Below, piece after piece: positions 20,352 through 29,675 of a DNA stretch of 64,000 nt; within the stretch, counting starts at the first letter, position 1, and each line of letters starts with the position of its first letter. Source of the stretch: Minisyncoccia bacterium (lineage in GTDB: Bacteria; Patescibacteriota; Minisyncoccia; Phycocordibacterales; UBA1550); NCBI GenBank assembly GCA_049294435.1, contig JBAQCU010000020.1, positions 13,110-77,109 of the forward strand, read 5' to 3'. Under the pieces are notes generated by a model that saw only the letters and a program-made list of their open reading frames with translations, was not told the origin of the DNA and ran no database searches. Position numbers and translations under genes: made by a program.

Positions 20352-21575
20352 ATGAAACCACAAGATATTTTAAATGAAACTATCGCCGCACTTTCCGCTA
20401 ACAAAGCTCGCTCGGGACTTACCGTGCTCGGCATTGTTATTGGTATCAGCTCGGTAATCGCTATGATTGCTATCGGTCAGGGGGCGCAGGGATCTATCCA
20501 GGCAAGCATTCAGTCGATCGGTTCAAACTTGCTGCTCGTGCAGCCAGGAGCTCAGCGTGGAGCAGGATCACAGGTGAGCTCGGGTCGTGGCTCGGCACGT
20601 ACGCTTACCCAGGATGATGCAGATGCTATTATCAAGGAAGTGACACTTGCAAAGGCTGTTGCGCCAGAAATCTCGAGCCGTTATCAAGTAACGAGTAAAG
20701 GGAAAAACACGAATACTTCAATCGCGGGGGTAACATCAGTATATCCAAGCGTGCGCAATGTCGAGCTTGACCATGGTTCATTTATCAGTGACCAAAATCT
20801 GCGAAGTCTTTCGAAGGTTGCCGTACTCGGCGCGACCGCAAGCACAGATTTGTTTGGAGAGGGTGTTGACCCCGTTGGGCAGACTATTCGCATCAAAAGC
20901 ATTGAGTTCAAAATTATCGGCATAATGAAAGCAAAAGGCGGGAGCGGTTTTGGAAGCCAAGACGACATGATTTTCATACCCCTCACGAGTGCACAGCGGT
21001 TTTTGGCGGGGGATGTATATGTGAGCACGATAAGCGTGCAGGCAGAGGATGAAGGTTCGATGGTGGATGTTCAGCAGCAAATTACCGATCTGCTTCTTGC
21101 TCGGCATCACATCACTGATTCAACACTTGCAGACTTTAATGTGATGAATCAGTCTGACATTGTTGCGACCGCCTCAAGCATCACGCAAACATTTACAGTT
21201 CTTCTTTCAGCTGTCGCGAGTATTTCTCTTGTTGTGGGTGGAATCGGCATTATGAATATGATGCTTACTAATGTGACCGAGCGAACAAAAGAAATTGGAC
21301 TTCGAAAAGCAATTGGCGCAAAACGCCGCGATATCACTTTGCAGTTTTTGGCAGAAGCTGTAATGTTGACCTTTTTCGGCGGTGTGCTCGGCGTGTTTCT
21401 CGGATGGGTGATTTCATATGGCGTGATGTATTTCGGAATTCTACAAACGAGTGTCTCGCTTTCCTCGGTCTTCCTTGCATTCGGCGTATCAGCTGCTATC
21501 GGGATTGTTTTTGGCTACTATCCAGCGCTTCGTGCTTCACGGCTAAACCCAATCGATGCGCTGAGATATGAATAA
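20352..21575 (+). CDS. ABC transporter permease, MacB/FtsX family
   Basis: N-terminal TM helix, a large periplasmic domain, and C-terminal FtsX-like helices (TERTKEIGLRKAIGA). Confidence 0.85.
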   Translation: MKPQDILNETIAALSANKARSGLTVLGIVIGISSVIAMIAIGQGAQGSIQASIQSIGSNLLLVQPGAQRGAGSQVSSGRGSARTLTQDDADAIIKEVTLAKAVAPEISSRYQVTSKGKNTNTSIAGVTSVYPSVRNVELDHGSFISDQNLRSLSKVAVLGATASTDLFGEGVDPVGQTIRIKSIEFKIIGIMKAKGGSGFGSQDDMIFIPLTSAQRFLAGDVYVSTISVQAEDEGSMVDVQQQITDLLLARHHITDSTLADFNVMNQSDIVATASSITQTFTVLLSAVASISLVVGGIGIMNMMLTNVTERTKEIGLRKAIGAKRRDITLQFLAEAVMLTFFGGVLGVFLGWVISYGVMYFGILQTSVSLSSVFLAFGVSAAIGIVFGYYPALRASRLNPIDALRYE

Positions 21576-21592
21576 TATATATAATTAAAAAT

Positions 21593-22012
21593 ATGAACAA
21601 AACAACGTTAGGAATTATTGGAATAGTAGTCGCGGTTATTTCTTTTTTCGCTGGTTTCAAATATGACCAAAGCAAAAGCGTATCGCCTAGAGCAGTAGGC
21701 TCAAACTTCGAGCAGAATGGGCAGGTGCGCATGGGCGGACAGTTTGGCACACGTGGAGCATTCAATGGCGCATCAGGTAGTATCGTTGCAAAAGATGCAA
21801 CGGGTATTACTCTCCGTCTCCGCGATGACGCTGGCTCAAAAATCGTTTTTCTTTCCGCAAGTACAACTATAATGATGACAACAAGTGGCACCGCAAATGA
21901 CCTTATCGTTGGAAAGGATGTTACGGTGAACGGTACGGCAAATCCCGATGGCAGTATCAATGCGCAATCAATTCAGGTTCGTCCAAATCTTGTAACGGGT
22001 ACATCTCGCTAA
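21593..22012 (+). CDS. Hypothetical N-terminally anchored protein; paralog of ORF 17297-17791
   Basis: Same TM plus beta-rich architecture (LIVGKDVTVNG..). Confidence 0.5.
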   Translation: MNKTTLGIIGIVVAVISFFAGFKYDQSKSVSPRAVGSNFEQNGQVRMGGQFGTRGAFNGASGSIVAKDATGITLRLRDDAGSKIVFLSASTTIMMTTSGTANDLIVGKDVTVNGTANPDGSINAQSIQVRPNLVTGTSR

Positions 22013-22034
22013 GCTAAATTTCCATTTATGCTAA

Positions 22035-22066
22035 AATACCGCACATTACTGTGCGGTATTTTATTT
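22035..22066. terminator. Bidirectional terminator hairpin (AATACCGCACA-ttac-TGTGCGGTATT) followed by TTTATTT
   Basis: Lies between the convergent exporter operon and rpmA. Confidence 0.6.
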
Positions 22067-22073
22067 GAGAGTA

Positions 22074-22346
22074 TTACTTAACACTTGCTACTTTACGGCG
22101 AGTTTTTGTGCCGTCAAAGTTTTGCTTGTTCTTCTCGGAGAATTCTACGATACCGTCTTTGAGAGAGTAAAGAGTGTGGTCTTTGCCGATGGCAACATTA
22201 GCTCCTGCGAGGATTTTTGTACCACGCTGACGCACGATGATAGACCCTGCTTTTGCTACCTCGCCAGCATAAAGCTTTGTACCAAGGTACTTAGCTCCAG
22301 AATCGGTTAGGTTTTTGGCGGATCCGCCAGCTTTTCGTGTTGCCAT
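22074..22346 (-). CDS. rpmA: 50S ribosomal protein L27
   Basis: [23 protein letters not shown] is canonical L27. Confidence 0.9.
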   Translation of the reverse strand: MATRKAGGSAKNLTDSGAKYLGTKLYAGEVAKAGSIIVRQRGTKILAGANVAIGKDHTLYSLKDGIVEFSEKNKQNFDGTKTRRKVASVK

Positions 22347-22394
22347 GGTGTTATAATTTCGTAAATATCTATAAAACGCCTATAATCTAAAGTA

Positions 22395-22784
22395 ATGACA
22401 AGTATACAGAATTTGATGGAAAAAATCAAGGGGTATCGCACTCCAACCCTCCGCGTCATCCCAGATGACCTGTTTTTAGGGCTCATTATTATCCTTGTAG
22501 CGTTTGGGTCATTTGGGCTAGGGCGACTTTCAAAGATAGAAGGCTCAAAAAAATCGGTACAGCTTGAAAACGTTCCGGAACTTACTCAAGCCGAGAAACA
22601 AGCAGCTAGTGTAATAAATACTAATGGAGCACAACTTGTAGGCTCAAAAAACGGTACGAAATACTACTATTCGTGGTGCACTGGAGTATCAAAAATCTCC
22701 TCTTCAAATCTTATTCAATTTACCGACAAGACCGAAGCAGAATCGCGCGGATATACCCCATCTGCCACATGTAAAGGTCTATAA
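22395..22784 (+). CDS. Membrane-anchored protein with a degenerate Ada-like metal-binding domain
   Basis: C-terminus KYYYSWCTG..NLIQFTDKTEAESRGYTPSATC matches the Ada N-terminal Zn-binding pattern (FYxxxC..NxxxFxxxxEAxxxGYxPC). Only two Cys are present. Confidence 0.45.
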   Translation: MTSIQNLMEKIKGYRTPTLRVIPDDLFLGLIIILVAFGSFGLGRLSKIEGSKKSVQLENVPELTQAEKQAASVINTNGAQLVGSKNGTKYYYSWCTGVSKISSSNLIQFTDKTEAESRGYTPSATCKGL

Positions 22785-22804
22785 ATATGCTACACTAGAA
22801 TACT

Positions 22805-23821
22805 ATGACCCCATCAGAAACTCTTCACACACATACCACTCTCTCAGACGGCAAGCTAACTCATCGCGAAATGTTTGAGTTGGCGCAATCGCTTGGTGTT
22901 GCTGTTATCGCATTCACAGATCACGACGCTGTACCGTCACCAGATACAATGGCTCTGCTTGAAGCAGAGCGCGAGCGAACACTAAAATGGATTGTTGGAA
23001 TAGAGATCACCGCCGACATTCCAAAAGAGTTAAAGCCGAACGTATGCGCAATGCACATTGTGGGACTTTTTGTTGACCCGACGAATGAAGCGCTCGTGAA
23101 GCATTGCCAACGCGCCCAGAAGGCTCGAGTTAAAAGAATGAAAGGAATAGTGTCCAAACTTCAAAATCTTGGTTTCAGAATTACTGAGGAGGATTGCCTT
23201 GAGATGTCGGGAGGGGAGTCTGTTGGCAGACCACATATTGTTCAGGCAATTAACAAATATCCCGAAAATAATTTGGTTGTGGAAAAAATTCGTCTTGAGA
23301 TGGCGAATGAAGCGACGCTCAACTCTGCTATTCAAGAACAATATTCGCAGATGATGCAAAAAGGGGAGAATAGTTACCCATATACACTCTTTCTTTCGCC
23401 AGAAGCATTTCGCAATGGATATGCAGAACACGACTATATGCCAGACCTAGACGAAGCTGTGAAGCTAATCCGCGACGCTGGTGGAGTGGCTATTTTGGCC
23501 CACTATTTTACAGTCAAACAGAAAATGTCTCTTGAAGAGTTAGAGAGGATACTATCTGAAAAGCGACTTGACGGAGTAGAAGTTGTATATGGACTCCGCG
23601 AATATGGAACAACTGGTGAAGCCGTGATGAACAAGGAACGTCAAGCTCTTCGTGAAATGGCAAAAAAATATGGAACGCTAGCTCTTGGAGGATCTGATGC
23701 ACACGGAGCGGATGACCTTGAGCGTTTTACAATGAACGATTGGTTCTCAGCAGAAACTGTTGGATTTACAGAAAAAATTCTAGCGACTGGGAAGGTGAAC
23801 AAACAATTCTCATCACTGTAG
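22805..23821 (+). CDS. PHP-domain metal-dependent phosphoesterase
   Basis: N-terminal LHTHTTLSDGK (HxH motif) and a later DHD motif. Confidence 0.8.
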   Translation: MTPSETLHTHTTLSDGKLTHREMFELAQSLGVAVIAFTDHDAVPSPDTMALLEAERERTLKWIVGIEITADIPKELKPNVCAMHIVGLFVDPTNEALVKHCQRAQKARVKRMKGIVSKLQNLGFRITEEDCLEMSGGESVGRPHIVQAINKYPENNLVVEKIRLEMANEATLNSAIQEQYSQMMQKGENSYPYTLFLSPEAFRNGYAEHDYMPDLDEAVKLIRDAGGVAILAHYFTVKQKMSLEELERILSEKRLDGVEVVYGLREYGTTGEAVMNKERQALREMAKKYGTLALGGSDAHGADDLERFTMNDWFSAETVGFTEKILATGKVNKQFSSL

Positions 23822-23846
23822 TGCCGTATGTTATACTGAAATAATT

Positions 23847-24434
23847 ATGATAGTCGCAGATATCGAAGCAACTGGATTAGATCCTCGCAAACACTCTATT
23901 TTGAGCATAGGCGCAGTTGAATTAGAGCACCCAGAAAGGCAATTTTACGGAGAATGCCACACATGGGACGGCGCGAGCATTATGAGCGACGCTCTCGCTG
24001 TAAACGGCTTTACAAAACAAGAATGTACAGATCCAAAAAAACATTCTATAAAGGAACTGATGGATAATTTTTTGCATTGGATAGAACAATGTGAGGACAA
24101 AACGCTCGCAGGGCAAAATCCATCATTTGACCGTGATTTTTTAAACGACTCGTTTGCGCGGTCAAGCATAGGCTGGCACTTCTCATATAGGACATTGGAC
24201 TTAAATTCAATGGCATATATGGATATGGTAAAACGCGGAATTCCAGTTCAACGCAAAAACGACCGCGCCGATCTATCGCTTGACACGATTTTAAAATATG
24301 TAGGACTTCCAGAAGAGCCCAAGCCACACCATGGACTCACAGGCGCGAAAATGGAGGCTGAAGCATTTTCTCGTATATTATACAGTAAAAATCTATTACC
24401 AGAGTTTTCAGAATACTCAATTGCTCATCTGTAA
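23847..24434 (+). CDS. DEDD-family 3'-5' exonuclease, DnaQ-like
   Basis: Exo I motif IVADIEATGLDP. Confidence 0.75.
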   Translation: MIVADIEATGLDPRKHSILSIGAVELEHPERQFYGECHTWDGASIMSDALAVNGFTKQECTDPKKHSIKELMDNFLHWIEQCEDKTLAGQNPSFDRDFLNDSFARSSIGWHFSYRTLDLNSMAYMDMVKRGIPVQRKNDRADLSLDTILKYVGLPEEPKPHHGLTGAKMEAEAFSRILYSKNLLPEFSEYSIAHL

Positions 24435-24444
24435 AATTCAAACA

Positions 24445-25068
24445 ATGGATCACAAAAAAAGCCTGAAAAAAATAATGCGTATTCTGACGCGACTTTTTCC
24501 TGCGCCCGCATGCGCACTCAATTACAAAAAACCATTTGAGCTTCTTGTAGCAGTTATTTTGTCTGCTCAGTGTACAGATAAAAGAGTGAACGAAGTTACC
24601 AATCAACTTTTCAAAAAATACAAAAAGCTAGATGATTATATAAAAGCAAAGCCCTCAGACTTTGAAAAGGATATCTACTCCACAGGATTTTATCGAGCAA
24701 AGGCAAGAAATATTCTTGCTGCTGCAAAAGCAATCAAAAAAGATTTTAGTGGAAAAGTTCCAAAGACGATGGGGGAGATGATTACTATCCCAGGAGTGGG
24801 AAGAAAAACAGCAAATGTTGTTCTCGGTGAGCTTTACGGCACTGCTGAGGGGATAGCTGTAGACACGCACGTCATTCGCTTATCGCGCTTACTTGGTCTC
24901 ACTAAACACAAAGATGCTGTAAAAATAGAGCGCGACCTTATGAAAATCATTCCCAAAAAAGATTGGGTGCGTTTTTCACACATGCTTATTCTCTACGGTA
25001 GGGAATACTGTCCCGCGCGATGTAAGCACACAGACTGCCCTTTAGCGTTGTTTTATGTTAAAATTTAA
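24445..25068 (+). CDS. nth: Endonuclease III (DNA glycosylase/AP lyase)
   Basis: HhH-GPD with GVGRKTANVVL; C-terminal [4Fe-4S] Cys cluster (CPARCKHTDCP). Start at MDHKK (24445). Confidence 0.9.
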   Translation: MDHKKSLKKIMRILTRLFPAPACALNYKKPFELLVAVILSAQCTDKRVNEVTNQLFKKYKKLDDYIKAKPSDFEKDIYSTGFYRAKARNILAAAKAIKKDFSGKVPKTMGEMITIPGVGRKTANVVLGELYGTAEGIAVDTHVIRLSRLLGLTKHKDAVKIERDLMKIIPKKDWVRFSHMLILYGREYCPARCKHTDCPLALFYVKI

Positions 25069-25086
25069 GGCTAATATAATAATTTT

Positions 25087-26283
25087 ATGGAGAGCTCAGA
25101 CTACCTATTAACTAACAAAGAAAAACGACACGGGTTCCTAGGGCTATACTTTGGACGAATGGTGATGGCAATATCAAGCGGACTCCTTGGCGTTTTTCTT
25201 CCTATATTTATTTACAATCTTTCTGGTGGGAATATCCCGCTCGTAATGGCATACTATGCGGTGGCAAGTGGTGTGTACCTTTTTCTTGTTGCTTTTGGAG
25301 CGCAATTTTTGAATAAATTCGGTTTTAGAAAAGCCCTCGTGCTTGCAAGTCTATCTGCTGTGGCCATAAACACAGCTTATTATTTTACGACTCCCGACAA
25401 CATGTGGAAGCTTCTTCCTATCTCACTGATTTTTGTAATCGTATTCAGGCTTTTGTTCTGGATTCCGTATCATGTGGACTTTGCGATTTTTACAAACACG
25501 GGAAGAAGGGGAGGGCAGGTTGGGCTGATGCTTTCTACTATTACACTGCTTGGGGTTGTAGGACCGATGCTCGCGGGATATATTATTGAAGTATTTTCAA
25601 TGCAAGCCCTTTTTTTTATTGCTATAGTGGTATATTTGATTGGAACAATCCCGTTTGCATTGGTACCACGTACAAATGAAAAATTCAATTGGGACTATAT
25701 GAGGGCATGGTGCGAACTTTTTTCAAAAAAGAACAGGGCAGTGGTATGGGCATCCATCGCTACAGGGGCCGAGGAAACCATTGGAGTCATTGTTTGGCCT
25801 ATTTTTATTTTTCTTCTTCTACAAGGTGACTATTTCAAGGTCGGAGCGCTTTCAAGTTTTATACTAGGAGTTACAGTGCTCATGCAATATATGTTTGGCC
25901 ACTACCTAGATCGTATAGGGAAGAAGAGCAAGATGCTTCGCGCAGGAAGCATCTTATACGCTCTTGGCTGGATTGTGAAAATCTTTGTTCTTACAGCGTT
26001 CCATGTGTTTATCGTCGGTATCTACCACAAAATAGCACAGGTGATGACAGACACCTCGTACGACGCGATATTTTACGATCTCGCGGCTGACCAAGGGCAC
26101 TATGTGGACGAATTTACAGTCCTAAGCGAAATGGCGATGCAAATAGGTCGGCTTATTGCGCTAGGCGCTGTGGCGGCCTTGGCGATGTTCACCAGCCTTA
26201 ACTGGACTTTCGTTATAGGTGCCATTGCGTCACTCGCGCTTACATCACTCTCTATGGTGATTGCAGAAGAGAAGAGGGTTTAG
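25087..26283 (+). CDS. MFS transporter
   Basis: About 12 predicted TM helices and an MFS-like loop motif. Confidence 0.7.
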   Translation: MESSDYLLTNKEKRHGFLGLYFGRMVMAISSGLLGVFLPIFIYNLSGGNIPLVMAYYAVASGVYLFLVAFGAQFLNKFGFRKALVLASLSAVAINTAYYFTTPDNMWKLLPISLIFVIVFRLLFWIPYHVDFAIFTNTGRRGGQVGLMLSTITLLGVVGPMLAGYIIEVFSMQALFFIAIVVYLIGTIPFALVPRTNEKFNWDYMRAWCELFSKKNRAVVWASIATGAEETIGVIVWPIFIFLLLQGDYFKVGALSSFILGVTVLMQYMFGHYLDRIGKKSKMLRAGSILYALGWIVKIFVLTAFHVFIVGIYHKIAQVMTDTSYDAIFYDLAADQGHYVDEFTVLSEMAMQIGRLIALGAVAALAMFTSLNWTFVIGAIASLALTSLSMVIAEEKRV

Positions 26284-26462
26284 TGTGTAGCTTTGGTTGC
26301 TAATATGCTATATGCTATTTATATGGGTACGTCGCACAATATATCTTTTACGCTGGTACGTTATACGACATTGACTATAAATACTGACAAGTTACTAAGT
26401 AATTGATGGCTTAAATACCATTACTTCTACCTCTTTATCCATAATCCATACACTTCTGCAAC

Positions 26463-27125
26463 TTACTGAATCTTTAACTGGTTTCTTTTCTCGCAAAATT
26501 TCACGAATGAATCCCACGAATACAGATGATGTCCTGCTAAAGGTTTATTTTTCTTATTTTTGATTACTGAGTCAAGGAGTGCCTGATCAAGCCCCTTGTT
26601 CATTTGTAAAAAAATCACTTGATGTTGATTCAACTGCGGGCTTTGGTATTTCGCCAACTTGCTGTTTAGGCAGCCGATTAGATTACGTCTGTCTAGAGGA
26701 CAGAGCACCTCCACGCAAAATCCACCAAGTTTATCATTAACAAAGAAATCAACACGCGTCCTCTTGTCGTCAAAAAATGAATGTCTATGATGCACAGAAT
26801 CGCGCTTGAATCGTTTTTTGAGGTACTCTGCTACCTCCTGCTCGACGCGACGCGAGCGTACGCTGATTGTACGGGCTCGTTTGCTACTATGCGTACCCTC
26901 CCGAAAATCAGACTGCGTATCTAAGCCAAGAGTTTTTCGCAATTCTACAAGCCCTCCAAAATTTCGTTCTATTGAACGAGCTGACGGCAGATATGGGTGC
27001 GCGTCAACTTCAGGCGCAGTTGGATAGCGACCATTCTTCGTATAAAAATTTTCAAGACCTGCCTTTAGTTCCAGAAGCTTCCACGGCTTTTGCCCACCTG
27101 GCTTTTGTATGCGTAGATTCTCCAT
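26463..27125 (-). CDS. Hypothetical protein, possibly Vsr/DUF559-like endonuclease fold
   Basis: A weak VDFFVNDKLGGFCVEVL pattern resembles the VDF..IVIELDG core. Start uncertain (27125 or 27158). Confidence 0.35.
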   Translation of the reverse strand: MENLRIQKPGGQKPWKLLELKAGLENFYTKNGRYPTAPEVDAHPYLPSARSIERNFGGLVELRKTLGLDTQSDFREGTHSSKRARTISVRSRRVEQEVAEYLKKRFKRDSVHHRHSFFDDKRTRVDFFVNDKLGGFCVEVLCPLDRRNLIGCLNSKLAKYQSPQLNQHQVIFLQMNKGLDQALLDSVIKNKKNKPLAGHHLYSWDSFVKFCEKRNQLKIQ

Positions 27126-27256
27126 TCCCCAAGTATACCCTACCACACAGTGTCGCACAAGGGATATGTTGCTATTAATATGCTTAAATGCTAGTTTTTT
27201 AGTAGAGACGGATTTTCAGTTATTGCCCTTTAAACTTAAAATATAGGAGAATTAAA

Positions 27257-28048
27257 ATGTCTAGCGAAGAAGCCTCTAAAGAAATCTACAGTCTTGAGAT
27301 TGTGGAAAATGGTTTTGCTTTCAAAATCAAGGAAACTTTGTATCAGCACTTTCTTTCCCTCATTAAAAACGAAGAGATACTTAAACGCCTTTTGGAAATA
27401 CCGAGAACAACAGTTGGCAATCTTTGTGTTTTTAGAATAGCATTACCATTTGTTGATTTTTCAGGCAATGAAAACAAAGGGCTTGCCTGGGATAATTTGG
27501 CAAAATGCTCCAAACAGTTGGGAATTTTGTTTATGCTCACCAACGACATTTTAACCGAAGAGGAGCAAACTCCTGAACTCTGCCTAAGCGATGATTTACA
27601 GCTTATGAATATAACTGCTGTTTATCGCAGCGATACCAGATTTCACGCCTGCCCAATGAGCGTAGTCCTTAGCAAACGAGGGTACAATCTACTCCGTGAA
27701 AATTACACCAAGGATACCATAATACCTTTATGCGAAGAAAAAGCTCTTGATTTTTATTTTGGAATGTCATCTGCCACCAAAGCTGAGTTTGATCAGAGTA
27801 AAGAGGATTACTTGAGGGCAGGCGGAGTGGTTTTCGGCGTCAGGGCTATGATAAGGTATCAAGGTGTTCCCTCCTTTACTGTTCCTGGGGATTGTGCTTG
27901 TTTGGGTGCAAACCCTGACGAGTTCAAATATTCAAGGCTTGTAAATTCTCATAATCTGGATACACCGCTACAGCAGATGGCGATGCTGGCTTCCGTAGTA
28001 ACTTTATGGAACGAGGTATTGAAACCACTTCATACTGCAGGTAAATGA
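27257..28048 (+). CDS. Hypothetical protein (263 aa)
   Basis: Strong ribosome-binding site (AGGAGAAttaaaATG) and a terminator after the stop. No recognisable domain. Confidence 0.5.
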   Translation: MSSEEASKEIYSLEIVENGFAFKIKETLYQHFLSLIKNEEILKRLLEIPRTTVGNLCVFRIALPFVDFSGNENKGLAWDNLAKCSKQLGILFMLTNDILTEEEQTPELCLSDDLQLMNITAVYRSDTRFHACPMSVVLSKRGYNLLRENYTKDTIIPLCEEKALDFYFGMSSATKAEFDQSKEDYLRAGGVVFGVRAMIRYQGVPSFTVPGDCACLGANPDEFKYSRLVNSHNLDTPLQQMAMLASVVTLWNEVLKPLHTAGK

Positions 28049-28071
28049 ATATGGGTTAGTTCTCCAACTTT

Positions 28072-28100
28072 AACAGCGCAAGAAATTGCGCTGTTTTTTT
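28072..28100 (+). terminator. Rho-independent terminator: AACAGCGCA-agaaat-TGCGCTGTT followed by TTTTTTT
   Basis: Seen directly after ORF 27257-28048. Confidence 0.65.
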
Positions 28101-28115
28101 GTATTAGACTTTGAC

Positions 28116-28334
28116 CTACTTTCCAAAAACCGCGGAGATGCTAGTGAACAAGTATGTAATCATTGGCTTCATGTATGTAGCCCATGCTACTACAAATATA
28201 TTCCAAACTTTCTGAATGATGGGACTTTCAAAAACTGAACGTAAATCAATATTAAAATATCCAAGCGCTGCAATTGCAATAATCGCCAAGAGAACGATTT
28301 GCATAAACCCGCGATTCTTAGAAATCTTTTTCAT
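28116..28334 (-). CDS. Small membrane protein (72 aa)
   Basis: Two predicted TM helices; downstream of the M23 peptidase on the same strand. Confidence 0.4.
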   Translation of the reverse strand: MKKISKNRGFMQIVLLAIIAIAALGYFNIDLRSVFESPIIQKVWNIFVVAWATYMKPMITYLFTSISAVFGK

Positions 28335-28355
28335 ACGATAATTATACTAAATCTT

Positions 28356-29639
28356 TTACAGGTAATCCATTGGATTAAGATATGCATTTAGAGCTGCGAC
28401 TGGTATAGAAGCATCCGCACAGTTTGTTATTTTTTTCACATCTCCTAGTCGAATGATTTCAACCGCCGCACTTACAAACACCGATAAATGTAGGTGCGGC
28501 CCTGTACTATATCCTGTGTTGCCACTATAACCAACTAGGTCACCTGTGGATACTGACTGTCCATTTGATACCTTAATAAGCGAGAGATGAGCATATAGCA
28601 TAGAAAGACCGTTGAAGTGCTCCACAAGTACCCACTTTCCGTATGAATAGCACCCATTATATTGGTCAGTATTCCCCGTTCCAATTATTTTACCTGGAAG
28701 CATCGCCTTAACAGGAGTCCCGACAGATACACCAAAATCTATGCCATTATGTCCACTTCCATTGTATGCCCCACTTCTTGCAAACGCAGTATTTCCAAAA
28801 TATTGTGTTATGCGAACATTGTCTACGGGGTAGGAAAAAACTTTTGTTCCTCGAGGTGGAATCGACTTAGGATCAAGAATAAATTTCAATGTGGACTCAT
28901 ACTCTTTAAGTTCTTTTTCAAGCGCATCTTTGAGCGTTAGTTTTTCTTTTAGGGTTTTTTGATATTTTGATTCTTGACTGCTCGTCTGAGTGAGTAGTTG
29001 AGTTTGTTGTTTCTTTGTATTTTCCGTCACCTTCTTTTGATCGTTGAGCGTGCTTTTCAAATCAAGAAGCTTACCTTTTTCATTTTGTTTTTTATTATTT
29101 TTTATCTCAAGGTCGCTTTTCAGTGATTTAACAATACCCAAATTATCACTGATCCCCTGGCTATATTGTTCAAGCATATCAATATCGTTCCAAAGGCCTG
29201 AAAAACTCTCGTTGGACAAAGCAACCTCCGCTAATGAATCGCTATCGCGTTCGTACATAGAAAGCAGTGCTTCCTTGAGCGCTGCAATGCGTACACTAAT
29301 TTCATTCTCTTTGTATGTTATTTCTGAACTGAGCTGGCGAATGGTAAGATTGGTAGTATCTACTTTTGTTTGAGTAAGCCTTATATCGGTTTCAAGTTTT
29401 TTTCGTGTTATTTCTAGTAACGCAATAGCATTCTTGAGAGTATTTTTCTTTGTGGCAAGCGTTGCTAGGTCGCCTTGGTATTGCGATATTTCTAGCTCGA
29501 GCTTTTGTATCGCACTTGCTTGGCTTGTGATTTTTTGCTGAAGCTCCTCAATCGTTTGAGCATGAACCAATGAGTCAGCGGTTAGCATAACCACTGTTAG
29601 AAATAATAAAATAGTTAATTGCTGAAAATGTAATCGCAT
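28356..29639 (-). CDS. M23 (LytM) peptidase with an N-terminal signal peptide and a long coiled coil, EnvC-like
   Basis: HNGIDFG (HxxxD) and HLHLSVF (HxH) catalytic motifs; ~250 aa of coiled coil. Confidence 0.85.
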   Translation of the reverse strand: MRLHFQQLTILLFLTVVMLTADSLVHAQTIEELQQKITSQASAIQKLELEISQYQGDLATLATKKNTLKNAIALLEITRKKLETDIRLTQTKVDTTNLTIRQLSSEITYKENEISVRIAALKEALLSMYERDSDSLAEVALSNESFSGLWNDIDMLEQYSQGISDNLGIVKSLKSDLEIKNNKKQNEKGKLLDLKSTLNDQKKVTENTKKQQTQLLTQTSSQESKYQKTLKEKLTLKDALEKELKEYESTLKFILDPKSIPPRGTKVFSYPVDNVRITQYFGNTAFARSGAYNGSGHNGIDFGVSVGTPVKAMLPGKIIGTGNTDQYNGCYSYGKWVLVEHFNGLSMLYAHLSLIKVSNGQSVSTGDLVGYSGNTGYSTGPHLHLSVFVSAAVEIIRLGDVKKITNCADASIPVAALNAYLNPMDYL

Positions 29640-29675
29640 AATAAATAAAATATTAGAATCAGTTTAGAGTTAGAA

